A DNA stretch of 57,505 nucleotides, counting the filler, from Jimgerdemannia flammicorona (Eukaryota): NCBI GenBank assembly GCA_003990765.1. It is 2 parts of 2 records of this genome, joined end to end, with 100 filler letters (N's around TTAATTAATTAA, not from the genome) between each part and the next. Parts side by side here need not be neighbours in the genome. Positions count along the whole stretch, not along the records: positions 1 to 28,711 come from RBNJ01000544.1; 1 more part is not named here. One strand, 5' to 3'. The translations under genes were made by a program, and so were the position numbers. This document shows positions 1-11,856 of the stretch, in pieces. The stretch's first letter is position 1. Every line of letters starts with the position of its first letter. The notes under the pieces were generated by a model, which was not told where the DNA came from, did no database searches, and was given only the letters and a program-made list of their open reading frames with translations.

Positions 1-366
1 AATTTAAAGTCTCTATATATATTACTACCTCTCTATCATTATAGTCTATGGCTGTCAGTATACCATTATCTATTGATCTCTATCAAGACTAGTATAGTAT
101 ATCTTTAAGAATAAGTTATTACTCAGAACTATAGTTTTGACAAACTTCTCTATCTACTTTGGTCTCATTCTTCTAGTAATGGCCTCATATCACCTCTAAC
201 TATAGATACTCCCTAGCTCTCTAGCATCTTCACCCCAGCTGTCAATCAAGCTGTCATCAATTGTGCTATTATCTCATTATCTGCTACTATTGTGGTTATA
301 CCCATCTCTCTGATAGCTATCTCTGCTTTCACTCTAGTTCTCTGAATAAGCTGATATGGATTAGCT

Positions 367-857
367 TTAAATCTCATCTGGATCAACTCAGATAAGATTT
401 AAATTCCATCCAGATTGATTTGAATTAATCATTGTTTTGATTTCCAAATTAGATAATTAAATGTTTATATCAATTACTCAATAAATAATTATTCAATTTT
501 GATGATCTTAATGTCATTTGAAGGCCCTTAATAAGGCCTTTATAATGAGACCAATAATATTAAAATCAGATTATGCATTGCTGAGCTATTAAGGAAAACA
601 TTCTTTTGAATAAATTTTCAAAATTGGTAAGTCAGACATTTTTCTTGATAACTCAGCAATATATGATCCAATTTCAATATTCTTAATATCATTAGAAAGG
701 CGCTTTTAAATGATACTAACATCATCAAATTGGATAATTATTTATCAAGTTATTGATATAAAATTTAATTTTCTAATTTGGAAATCAAAATAATAGTTAT
801 TCAAATTGATCTAGATAGGATTCAAATTCTATCTGAGTTGATCCAGATGAGATTTAA
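367..857. repeat. ~490 bp foldback/MITE-like inverted repeat (arms ~367-599 and ~640-857)
   Basis: ttaaatctcatctggatcaactcagata pairs with tatctgagttgatccagatgagatttaa; inner arm cattgctgagctattaaggaaaa pairs with ttttcttgataactcagcaat. Confidence 0.85.
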
Positions 858-2099
858 TCTGAATCTAATCTGAATTCAATCTAGATTAAATTGACTCATT
901 CAGTATACTACTTAATCCTTATGAGTAGTTTTGGTCTATTGGATAACTTTTAGAGTGAGACTCTATCTATTCTTTATATCTCTTCCATTACTACTCTACA
1001 TATCAGAGTTCTCAGTACTAATATTTTACTTAAATATACTTATATTAACTAATGCTTACTGGCTGTGGTCATTGATAACTCCTTCTCTACTATTTCTCTT
1101 AGTCATCTATTCATTCTTCAGAGCTCCTCCCAAGACTCAATTCATCAAAACAGTTGATAATTCAGACTCAAAGGTCATCTTATAGAAACCTCAGGCTATC
1201 TTAAAAGACCTATTCAATGTTCTAACATTTCTTGTAATCCTCCTTACCTACTTCAGTATTCCGTATAATGCATATCCTGAGTCCACTAAACCTACTCTAT
1301 TCTTTATCTATACTACTGACTTTATCTTACTATCAATATCATCTTTTTTATCTACACTACTCAACTATTATATCTCCTTTTACACTAAGCAGATCCCTAA
1401 AATAGTAAGTAATAGTATCTCACTAGTATAGTACTATCTCTGAGTATATTGTGACTCTGATTTGTTTATAGTTCTGAGTCTATACTAATGGCCCCACATG
1501 TCCATTATCACTTCCAAAACTCTAAAAAAAGTCTGCAACTCCCCTCACTTCTCTTGCTCAGTAGAGGTCTCTATACTACAGACTTCTGAAGATATATTAG
1601 TAGGTTTATATATCATACCTACAACTGTATCACATTTGATAGTTTCACTACCAGAGATCTTAGCTATCAACAGGAGAGCTATATCTATACTCACATCTGT
1701 ATCTATTATAATAAAGACTATCTGTGACTATACTGCTCTCACAACTCACTATTTTGACTCTAAGAACTTACCTCTATCAAGTTTCCCTTTGTCCCTTCTT
1801 CTGTTTCAAATACTTATCTCTGATATCTAATTATATTACCTCTTGATAATACTGCTCTAGTCATCTTATATTATTTTTCACTACTTCTCATTTTATTATT
1901 CATTACTATATAGATATATGAACTGTTATATTATCCTACTTAGTCCATATCTCAGGCTATTATTGATGCTATTTCTTTTGATATTCTACTCAGCTACATT
2001 AGCTCTAGATACTATCCCCTCACCCATAACTATCACTCTATCTTAGACTGCTCTGATACTATTATTCAGAATATCAAATAAGAAGTATTGATAGGATAT

Positions 2100-3365
2100 A
2101 TCTGTGGTCTAATCTTCTCTTTATCTTTTCTGAATTTCTGATTATCTCCTCTAGGTACTATTACTCTAGTACTATTTTATATTATATTCATAATCTCTCC
2201 TGGCCTTGCAAGGGTAGATTAGTAAATACTGGTATTGATCATGATATATTTTAGCTATTATATAATTATTTCAATGATACACTAGACCTAGTTCATTAGC
2301 TCAGCTGTGAGTGCCTTTTATCAAAAGTCAATCTGACTGATATATATCACTACATTCTCATTAATCCTACTGACTGAGAGCTGCTCAGTTTCAAATAGAT
2401 AAGGCAGTTCTACTTTGATTGATTCACCTCTTTCAGTGCCTCATTCTTACCTTTCCTCATCAATGTTTTTATAGAACTCCTCATATAGATAACCCTTCAA
2501 TAGGGCCTTTGATCTCTCATTCACTATATTAATAATTTTCTACTAGTCTCTATCTCTATACTCAAGATTATTAACTGAGAGCTACAATCATTTCTATTAC
2601 TTAGCTATAATCTCAGTTGGTCAATACAAGACTATAAGATAGAGGGACCTATTATATCTCTAGTCTTTCTAAGCATCAAACTTGATTCAGCCACTATAGA
2701 AGTTTGTTTTTCTATTAAGAAGATCAATATAATTATAAAATACCTATGTTAGTAGTCAATATACTCAATATATATGAGATTGTAACTTCAATCTCTAATT
2801 AGTCTATTGGTATTTGTAATTAATATTATCTCTCCTAGCTATCTATTCTTTTGCTGATTTATCTATCTAATAACTGGCAACTCTATCTTCTATATCTTAC
2901 TTATAGCTAACTTTTATACTAATGTATTATAATGGCCTGAGTTTCTCTTATAATAGAATGATATCTCTATTATCTATATAGTCAACTGGTCTCACTCTTC
3001 TGATTCCCAGCTCCGGACTGACACTAGTAGCAATTTTGACTTTAGAGTATATTATAAGAACTCTTGGTTCTCTACTCTCTGACCCCTCAATCTTCTCTTA
3101 TATGACATTCAATTTAAAGAGTTATATATAGTCATCACTACTGCTGTGACTAGTAGTTATTGCTGGTCATTCTATTAAATCTTACTTCATATAAAAAATT
3201 AAGCTATTGTCACTATTATTAATTCTAAAATCTCCCAGAATTCTCTTCATCTTAAGCTACTATACTAGCTTTACTTTCTTATAGTATCTTATATATTTTA
3301 ACTCTTCACAATATATATCTCTATAGCTCATAATAGTATTACCAATACTCTATTCTGCTCTGACC
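2100..3365 (+). pseudogene. Ngaro/DIRS reverse transcriptase + RNase H remnant (approximate limits)
   Basis: Degenerate HYLDDF-like motif at ~2520-2545, KxEGP..L.FLGI.LDS-like motif at ~2636-2690, DIQFKELY at ~3103. Confidence 0.8.
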
Positions 3366-3449
3366 TATCTTATTTTCACTATCTTGCTCCCTATATAAAG
3401 ATGCTCTAAATATAGATTAGTATTATCTATATACTGCACTTTTATCTAT

Positions 3450-4360
3450 TATTACCTTCTTTCTATAGTTTAGTCTAGCAAAATCAATACATTACTTATA
3501 TTTATTAAAATAATACAGTTTTTTTTTAGTTCTGTATTCTCTATAGTGGCTATTATAGATCTGACCATGCCAGTCTCTACAATACTCTCCTCACATCAAG
3601 TTGATATTAATGTACTGAGTATGCTCTCTTGCTTAATATTATTTACAACTTCCTATCATCAAAAAGTATCTCTCAGCTATTTAATCTCTCTATATCAACT
3701 CTGACTTTACTGACCTATTCATTGGTCTTCAACAGCTCCTTTATATGATATATGGTATAAAACACTGGCTTGGGCTGAATCTGTCTCACTCTCAGTTATT
3801 AATTATAATTAACATTCTATATTACCTTCTAACTCTTCTATATTTGTTTAATTTTAATAATCTCAATCTTATCATAGTAATGTCTCTTACATATATTGTC
3901 TGGTAAATTTATATGAGACCTCTCTTTCAATATATCTCATTATATATCTCAATACTATATTATCTTTTAATCTTATATTACAGACTCTATACTTATCATC
4001 TTTATTCTATAAGTATCCAAAATAGATCCTTTTCAATAGAGTTACTCTCTGTTCATTAGCTGAATAGCCTACAATATTCCATATATCATCTCACTCTTAT
4101 ACTTATTATTTCTTACATTTCTCACTCTACTCAGTACCCACCTATTTATATCCTTAGTATACTATCTCTTCTTTCAATCCTACTTTATTCAGTATCTTCA
4201 ATTTTTACTTTCTTAAATTAGTCTTACCTCAACCCTCTTTACTGGTTACAGCTTTCAAATTAGTACTATATCTGATACCACCATAGTAGGTCTCTTTAAC
4301 TATAAGATATAAATACTCAGATAATAGTCTAGCAGGGCTTTCAAAGGATATATATATATA
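3450..4360 (+). pseudogene. Tyrosine recombinase remnant (approximate limits)
   Basis: 4241-4355 translates TGYSFQISTISDTTIVGLFNYKI*ILR**SSRAFKGYI, matching the YR C-terminal pattern GHSFRIGAA...G.....I..LGRW.S.AF..YI after C>T/G>A decay. Confidence 0.75.
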
Positions 4361-4690
4361 CTCATCTCTCAAATTATCAGACTTTGTGTATCTCTCTTGA
4401 TTATCAACAATCTCCATCAATATTCTGACTGCTTATCTGTAATATTGTCTCATCAGTAATAGTCTCTCTATAGTACATAGGCTACTATATCAGCCCTATA
4501 GCTCTGTACTATATATGGCTATCTACTCTATCTTCTCATATTGCTTACACTACTACTCACCTTCTCTCCTCTCTTCTACTTTCAACATTTCTATTCTTTA
4601 AGTACATATCTCTTTAGCTTCTCTCTCTTCTTTTTTTCTATCAATATTTATTTATCCTCTTCTTTATATTATATAATATTTTATTAGGCT

Positions 4691-5360
4691 AGTTTTCTTT
4701 TTATTATATATTTCTTTCAAATATATTTACTGGAAACAATAATTATATTTATGAGTTTTACTTCTTTCACATTAGAGAGTCATATCTTTCATATACAGAT
4801 TATCTTCTTTTATATAAGAGGGTTATAACTTTTTCACACTGTTCAGATATTTTAGCTAGATATTGAATGAGTGAACTTAGTTGAGACTACAGATCAATGA
4901 TTGTAAAAATGTCTTTGGCACTGATGTCTTTAGTATATATATCTTATCTATATTTCCGTTTTGAAGTTGTGATAAAATAATATAATGTTTTAATATATAT
5001 ATATTATAAATATATATGTATTTTCTATTTGGATAATTTATAGTATTAAATACTTTATACTAGTTCTATTTATTATTTTTAGCTCAATACACTACTCTCT
5101 ATACTTTATATATATTTACTACATATATATTTGCTTTTTCTTTCATCTACTACTCTACTCTCTACTTATATATATATAGTTATAGAGTCAGTTTTCTTTT
5201 CACTATATACATATTTCTCCTAAATATATTTACTGAAAACTACAATTATAATTATGAGCTTTATATCTTTATATTAGAGAGTTATATCTTTTGTCTGTAG
5301 GTTATCTTCTTATACATCAGAGGGTTATAATGTATCTGATATTGTAGCTAGACATTGAAT
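4691..5360 (+). repeat. Split direct repeats B1 (~4691-4868) and B2 (~5190-5360) at the Ngaro 3' end
   Basis: Two ~175 bp homologous blocks (agttttcttt...aaatatatttactg...attagagagt.atatcttt...agagggttataa...tagctaga.attgaat) separated by ~320 bp. Confidence 0.7.
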
Positions 5361-6124
5361 TAAAGTTATTTAATTAACTACTATTATATCAAATCTAAGT
5401 CTAAATCTACTTCAACCAACTCTAATTCTACTAACTTTATAACTTTAATCTTATTAGCTTTTCTTACCTTATTTATAAGATCTGTAGAATATATTTTTAT
5501 TATTTTCAATACTATTTTTTTTTATATATTTCCTTATTTATATTATTTATAAGACTTATTATTATGTATAAATATAGTCTATACATCTTCTACTCTTATA
5601 TATAACTATGACTACTATATTATATATATGTATATTTAAGAGTTAATTTTAAGTAATATATAATAGAATATAATTAAAATAAGAATAATGTAACTAAATT
5701 CTAACAAATAGAGATTAATTCTATTATATAAATTATATAGTAAAATTTATAGATAAATTTACTTATAGATATTTTGATATATATAATATATATCTAAAAG
5801 TTATTCTATAAGTATATATTTTAATTATATCTTTATTATTAATATAATATATATATATACTAAGAGAATTTACTTAATTTACTAAATTATTGATATATAT
5901 TTAGTATAATTATAAATATACTTTTTGAGCTTAATTTATAAATTAAGTAATTAGAATTTCAGATATATAAAATTAATATAATAAAGATATTTATATATAA
6001 TAATTATATAGTATCTCTTATACTTTAAAAATGACTATAGAATTTATTTGAAAATTTAAAAGTATAAAGGTGATCATTTATAATACTTAGTATTATTTAA
6101 TATTATAATTTTAAATTTATATAT

Positions 6125-6584
6125 TGTGATGGTATAGCCAGATTCAGAAGAAGAAAATAGGGAACAGACACTTAATCGTACCCAGTCCCAAAATAGTATA
6201 GCCACATAGTTAGCAGTCCTTGATTTCGCCACTTGCTAAATATTTCACAAAGTGCGAGATCGAGCTTCTTGATATAGTATAGTATTTTGCAACTAGTGAA
6301 ATATTTCACAAAGTGTTAAATGACTTATAACCTAGCTACATAACTCATCTCATAGCTAGCAAACTTGTATAAATAACTCAGTATCTTCAAGTGAATAAAT
6401 CTCAGATCGAAATAGTTCAAAATAAAGAGATAGCAAAGGAACTAGTAAGTCTGTGGGCAGATACACTTCGAACTCACCCACCCTTCCCTGCGACTTCAAG
6501 AGACTCTGTGAGAGTCAGAACAGTCAAGTTTTCAAGATACAGAAATCTGACATACTTTCAAGAGTAAGCTTTCACTACATTACA
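6125..6584 (+). repeat. 5' LTR of A1
   Basis: Direct repeat of 12345-12804; TATA-like gtataaata at ~6367 and AATAAA at ~6394. Confidence 0.96.
6223..6321. promoter_or_regulatory. U3 array of four 19-bp palindromes (ATTTCGC-N5-GCGAAAT), putative protein-binding sites
   Basis: Units at 6223, 6242, 6284 and 6303; consensus built from both LTRs; lies just upstream of the TATA-like box. Function is inferred. Confidence 0.65.
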
Positions 6585-6698
6585 ACTTAGTGCCCATTGG
6601 CTGGTGATTCAAGATGAATCCCTCACTTTTAAGCTGAACAATGAACAACTGCCACTACCCAAACAACCATACAAACCAAGCCCCAATACCCAGATAAG

Positions 6699-9600
6699 AT
6701 GGATATGAGATCACCAGTATTCCATGGATATACCTCAGATGAATCAATCATCACCTTCATTGATGATTTCAAGCAGGATGCTACTATAAGGACCCTGACA
6801 GTAGCACAGCAAGTAGCCCTCATGCCCCTCAGCCTACGAGGTCCTGCCAGAGCAGCATTCACAGCCGCAACCCATGCAGAAAATGATACTGATGCTATAC
6901 TGACAGCACAGAAGACCTGGCTCTGAAATACATATTATATAGATGAGATCAAGTAAGCCCTGAAGGATCAGCTCAATACAATATGCCAAGGAATGAGTGA
7001 GGATCCAAACACATTCTATACCAGAATTTGATATCAGATAATCCTTGCAGATTATGCTGCTGCTATCCGAGATCAAGTAGCCGAAGCAACCTTCATGAAA
7101 GGAGTCCATCCAGAAATAGCCATGGCCATCTGCTCATCACCAGTGATTCTGGATCTGCCACAGAAGGTCACCTATGCTCAGTGATACTGGATAGCTAGAC
7201 ATCCACAAGACCATATAATAGAAAGGGTCATGGAAGTCAAAATTGAAGCACCTAAGACAACCAGTGTGATCTCTACCACAATGATCAATTGAAACACACC
7301 TCAGCCAAAAACTACAGAGCAGCAAAAGAACAGTGACCCTATGGAGGAACTTGCCAAAAGGTTTGCCGAAATGACTGCCCACCTGGGAGATGTGGTAAAG
7401 GAAATTCGAGGAAGAGACCACCACCCTGTTCAGAAGTTTGCCACTACCTCAGATAAGAAGAAAGGTAACTGCTACAGCTGTGGAGAAGAAGGCCACTACT
7501 CCTATGAATACATGAGTGAAACCAAGTGCAAGGCTCAACCAAGCAATGCTACATGAAATAAGGAGCAGGCCAATACAATTACCTTTGAAGAAATCAGAGA
7601 ATCCAATGAAGAGGAATGGAAGGCCTATCCTGCTCAGACCACCAAGAAGGATGTTCGCAAAGAACTCTACAAGAGACTGCCAGGAAGACCCAAGAAGAAC
7701 CCAGTGGAAAAGTGGATGGAAACTACCACAGAAAGCCAAGCTGAAGAGATGGACTAAGATATGGAGCTGGAGCAAGCAGTTCAAGATATCATCTGAGAAA
7801 CCACTCTAGCCAGTGAAGGAGAAAAAGAAAAGAAGCTTCGCAAGACCAAGACCTTCAAGTATGATATCTTCAAGGACCTCAGTCAACAAAAGGTCAATGC
7901 AACCTTTGGTCAGCTTACAGAAATCCCAACATTCAGATAGCAAATGAGGTTTGGACTTGCCGAAACAACTAAGGAACAAGGATGGAAGATAACTGAGACC
8001 AATAACATTCAAGAGGACTCAGGAGAAGAAAGTGAGGACAATTGCAAAACCTCTGCTTATGCAACATGCCAAATCAAAGATAGAATCTTTGAAGCCATTA
8101 TTGATATGGGAGCAGGAAGATATCTCCTCAGCAAGAAGGCAGCAGACCACCTAGGTTGGGATGTGGAAGAAGCAACTAAGCTGGTGTTCATCACAGCCAA
8201 TGGTACAAGAGCCATATCTCTGGGAAAGATCCGAGATATTTCTATCAAGATTGGAGGAGCAACTATTCCAGTAGATGTAATTGTAACCAATACCACCAAC
8301 TATGACATCCTCATTGGCAATCAATGGCTTCACAAAGCCAAGGCAGTAATCGATCTCAATGCCCAGAAGATGCAGATCACCTACCGGGAACAGAAGATAC
8401 AAATTCTCATCAATGTCAATAGGGGAGTCCTGCCTGACATGGAGGAAGGGGAGAGCGAGCAAGAGGAAGCTTATATGGTGACTACTCCAAAGAAGAAGAA
8501 CATTGGATGGATAAGTAAAGAAGAATGGTGCAAGAAGATCACAGAAGGTTATGCCCCACAAGGAGTCTGTCCTCATGGGATCAAGATGTACTATATGGAG
8601 CATGTCAATGATTGCTACCAGTGCACTATTGGAATCAAGAAGATCCACCAGGAAAGAAGGCAGAAAGCTCTCAAAAAACAGATCAGGGAAGAAGAAAAGG
8701 AGGAAGATGATGAACCACCAGCCCTCCTGGAGGACAGTGATGATGAAGAAGAAATCAAGGTCAAGATTCAAAAGATCCACCCTGATGCAGTCTTGCCAGA
8801 ATACAAGTCAGAAAATACAGCTAGAATGGACATCACTATAGTAGAAGAGACTGTACTGGAATCCCAGACAATCACCCTACTTGTAACTGGACTGAAGATG
8901 ACCATCCCTAAGGATTATGTTGGGATTCTCAAGACAAGAAGCAGCCTGGCTAGAAGTGAAATCACAATCGAAGGAGGAGTCATCGATTCAGACTCTACTG
9001 GAGAAATTCTACTCATTACTAGGAATCACAATCTTACAATCCTATTTCCAGTCAAGATGAAGGACCGATTGGTACAAATGTTGATCTTTCCAATCCTACA
9101 ACCAAAGATCATAGAAGTTAAGAAGCTGGAGGAAATGAAAAGAGGAAAGAAAGGATTTGGATCCATAGGAAGAGAAGTATTCGCTAGCACCAAGATCACC
9201 AAACTCAAGCATAAGAAGGAGGAAAACACAAGTAAGCACAGCTAAACCATTAGAAATGAATTTCTACTCAAGAAAGAACTCAAGAAAATACTCCACGAAT
9301 TCGAAAATATTCTTGCCACAGATTTCAAGAATATCAAAAGAAAGACCCCACACTACTATCATGAAGTAGATACTGGAAACACTGAACCAATTTATCAGAA
9401 GGCAAGACCTGTCCCACCAGCCTACCAAGAATGGCTCAGAGAAGAAATCAAGCAGATGGAAGAAGCTGGCATCATTAAAGAAGTCAGTAGCCCCTGGTCC
9501 TCACCTGTTGTACTAGTCCCAAAAAAGGGCAGCAAGTCTGGAGAATTTGCACCAAGACTCTGTGTTGACTACAGAAAGCTCAACATGGTTACCAAAAATA

Positions 9601-10669
9601 ATTGCCAACCACTGCCCCTCATCCATGACATCTTCATAACACTGGGAGATAAAGTACAGTACTACAGTACTTTGGACTTATACTCAGGATTCCACCAAAT
9701 CGGACTCACAGATATGACAAGTGAAAAGTCAGCTTTCATCACTCCAGATGGAACCTACATCTATCTATAAATGCCATTTGGAATATATAATGCACCAGCA
9801 AAATCTTCTACTATGATATGGGAAGATGGATAATGGTCTATATTGACAATGTAATCATCTACAGCCAGACATCAGAAAAACACCTGCAGCACATCTGGCA
9901 GATAATGAAAAGACTGAGAAAGCATGGCCTATACATTAAGCCCAAAAAATGCAAATTCACAGAAATCGAGATCTCCTATCCTGGCCACATCATCAACCAA
10001 GATGGAACACACACGGACCCCCTCAAGATACAAGCAGTGGCAGCATACCCAAGACCCACCACTGTTATAGAAGCCCAAGCCTTCATGGGACTTGCCTCCT
10101 ATTATTGCAGATTTATTAGAGGATTTTCTAATATTGCAGGACCAATCTATGAACTTAATAAGAAGGATACCAAGTTCCAGTGGACTGGCAGACAACAAAA
10201 AGCATTTGATGAACTCAAGGTCAGACTGACCCAGGCACCCATCCTCAGAAGACCTGACTGGACTCAAGAATTCATCCTACAGACTGATGCAAGTGCACAA
10301 GGACTAGGAGCAGTTCTAGCTCAAAAGAAAGATAAAGTAGAGTATGTTATCGTATACCTCAGCTGCAGAACCCAAGGAGCTGAAAAAGAATATGAATCCT
10401 ATAAGTTGGAACGCCTCACAGTTATCTGGGCCATAGAAAAGTTCCACTACTACTTGGCTGGAAGACACTTCACCATCCAAATGGATCACTCAGCTCTCAC
10501 CTGGCTACTGACAACCAGACAACCCAAAGGAATCTATACCAGATAGATAATGAAGTTGCAAGCTTATGATGTAACCATTGTACACCGCTCTGGAAGAACC
10601 AATGCCAATGCAGATGCCCTCTCACGGACACCCCGAACTACCTCCAACCAATAAATCAATCATGAATAA
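6699..10669 (+). pseudogene. A1 polyprotein: gag (CCHC knuckle) - AT hook - aspartic protease - CxH..CxxC motif - dUTPase - RT - RNase H
   Basis: ORF fragments 6699, 7341, 7944 and 9456 share one frame; motifs CYSCGEEGHY, IIDMGAG, YDILIGNQWL, RLCVDYRKLN, VYIDNVII, LQTDAS, ADALSR. One small deletion near 9800. Confidence 0.93.
8754..9175 (+). pseudogene. dUTPase domain between protease and RT (A1)
   Basis: KIHPDAVLP, ARMDI, TGL, RSSLA, GGVIDSDSTGEI, DRLVQ, RGKKGFGS represent the five trimeric dUTPase motifs. Confidence 0.93.
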
Positions 10670-11856
10670 GGAGCTCTACTATGGAATTATCACATACCTG
10701 GGACAGTGAAAGATGCCCCAACATCTGGAAGAATAGATACAAATGATTATCAACAGAACATGGAAACAATTCGAAACTGATGGAGAAATACTGAAGAAAG
10801 GAAAACTACTAGTTATACCAGAACACAATAAGGAGCAAGTGATGAAATCAGTATACGAACTTGGTCATCTAGGAGGAACAAATACATATGACAAGGCAAG
10901 AAGAACAATATGGTGGCCAGGGATGGAGGAAGATATCAGACAATTCATCAAGACCTGCGACAAATGCCAGAAACAGAAACAAGACCAACGAAATCGAGCT
11001 CCAGGATCAGCATACATAGAACCAGTACCATTCACCCACATTGCAATAGATGTAATTGGCCCTCTATCCTTAACTTTGACTGGCAACTGATACATCATTG
11101 TCATTGTAGACCTTTTTACAAAATGGATAGAAGCAGGACCCCCTATGGAAGCCAATGTACAGTCAATCGCTAATTTCTTCTACAAGGAAATTATCTGCCA
11201 GTTCAAGACCCCAACACAAGTAACTACAGATAGAGGAACAGAATTTATGAACCAGCTCTTTGAGGTTCTCTACAAGAAGTACAAGATCCAGCACATTCAG
11301 ACCACAGCCTATCACCCCTAAGGAAATAGACAAGCAGAAAAGACTAACAAGACCCTCAAGAATGTTATTGCCAAGATCTGTGATAACTATGAAAACTGAG
11401 ATTACTATCTGCCAATAGCATTATCTGCTCTCCAGGATATCTAATCACAAAGTACCCACTTTACCTCTTAAGAAATGCTGTTTAGAGAAGAATGTTCTCA
11501 GGAAACCCTATCATCCAATAGAGATGCTGTATGGAAACATGTAGACATGGAAATATGGAGACTACACCAAATCAGGAAGAAGGCTGAGGATAACATAACC
11601 AAGGTGCAGATACTACAATGGAGGAATGTGGAAAAGACCCACAAACTCTTGGAGATTATCAAGATAGGAGACAAAGTTCTAGTATATTGGAATATAGTAG
11701 AAGCTTCATGGTCACGAAGACTGGAGTCCAAGTGGGAAGGACCTTACCTGGTACAAAATATAAAAGGGACCACCTTTTGGCTACAAAAACCCTCAGGCAC
11801 AAAAAATCCCCACCACCATTCACTGAAACTAACTCAAGAAATATCATGGCCAGTAA
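10662..11856 (+). pseudogene. A1 integrase as a separate ORF (HHCC zinc finger, DDE core, GPY/F)
   Basis: MNKELYYGII...GHLG...WWPGM...CDKCQ...IAIDVIGP...TDRGTEF...KWEGPY; ATG overlaps the RNase H stop (CATGAATAA). Confidence 0.9.

Larger units (their letters stand above)
1..5360 (+). mobile_element. Decayed Ngaro/DIRS-type tyrosine-recombinase retrotransposon (5' end outside window)
   Basis: Manual translation through stops gives DIRS-type RT (YFD.FTSF...IHYINNFLL from HYLDDFL; KIEGPIISLVFLSIKLDS), RNase H (DIQFKELY...N.AIVTIINS...HNSITNTL) and tyrosine recombinase (TGYSFQIS...IL...SSRAFKGYI) in that order, followed by split direct repeats. Confidence 0.8.

Noticed and set aside
931..1830. 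Hydrophobic ORFs as membrane proteins
   Set aside because: By-products of C>T decay in the Ngaro element, giving Ile/Leu/Ser/Tyr-rich frames
8151..8780. 209-aa antisense ORF (and 199-aa equivalent at 41329-41928)
   Set aside because: Shadow of the purine-rich sense polyprotein; Phe/Leu-rich with no independent motif
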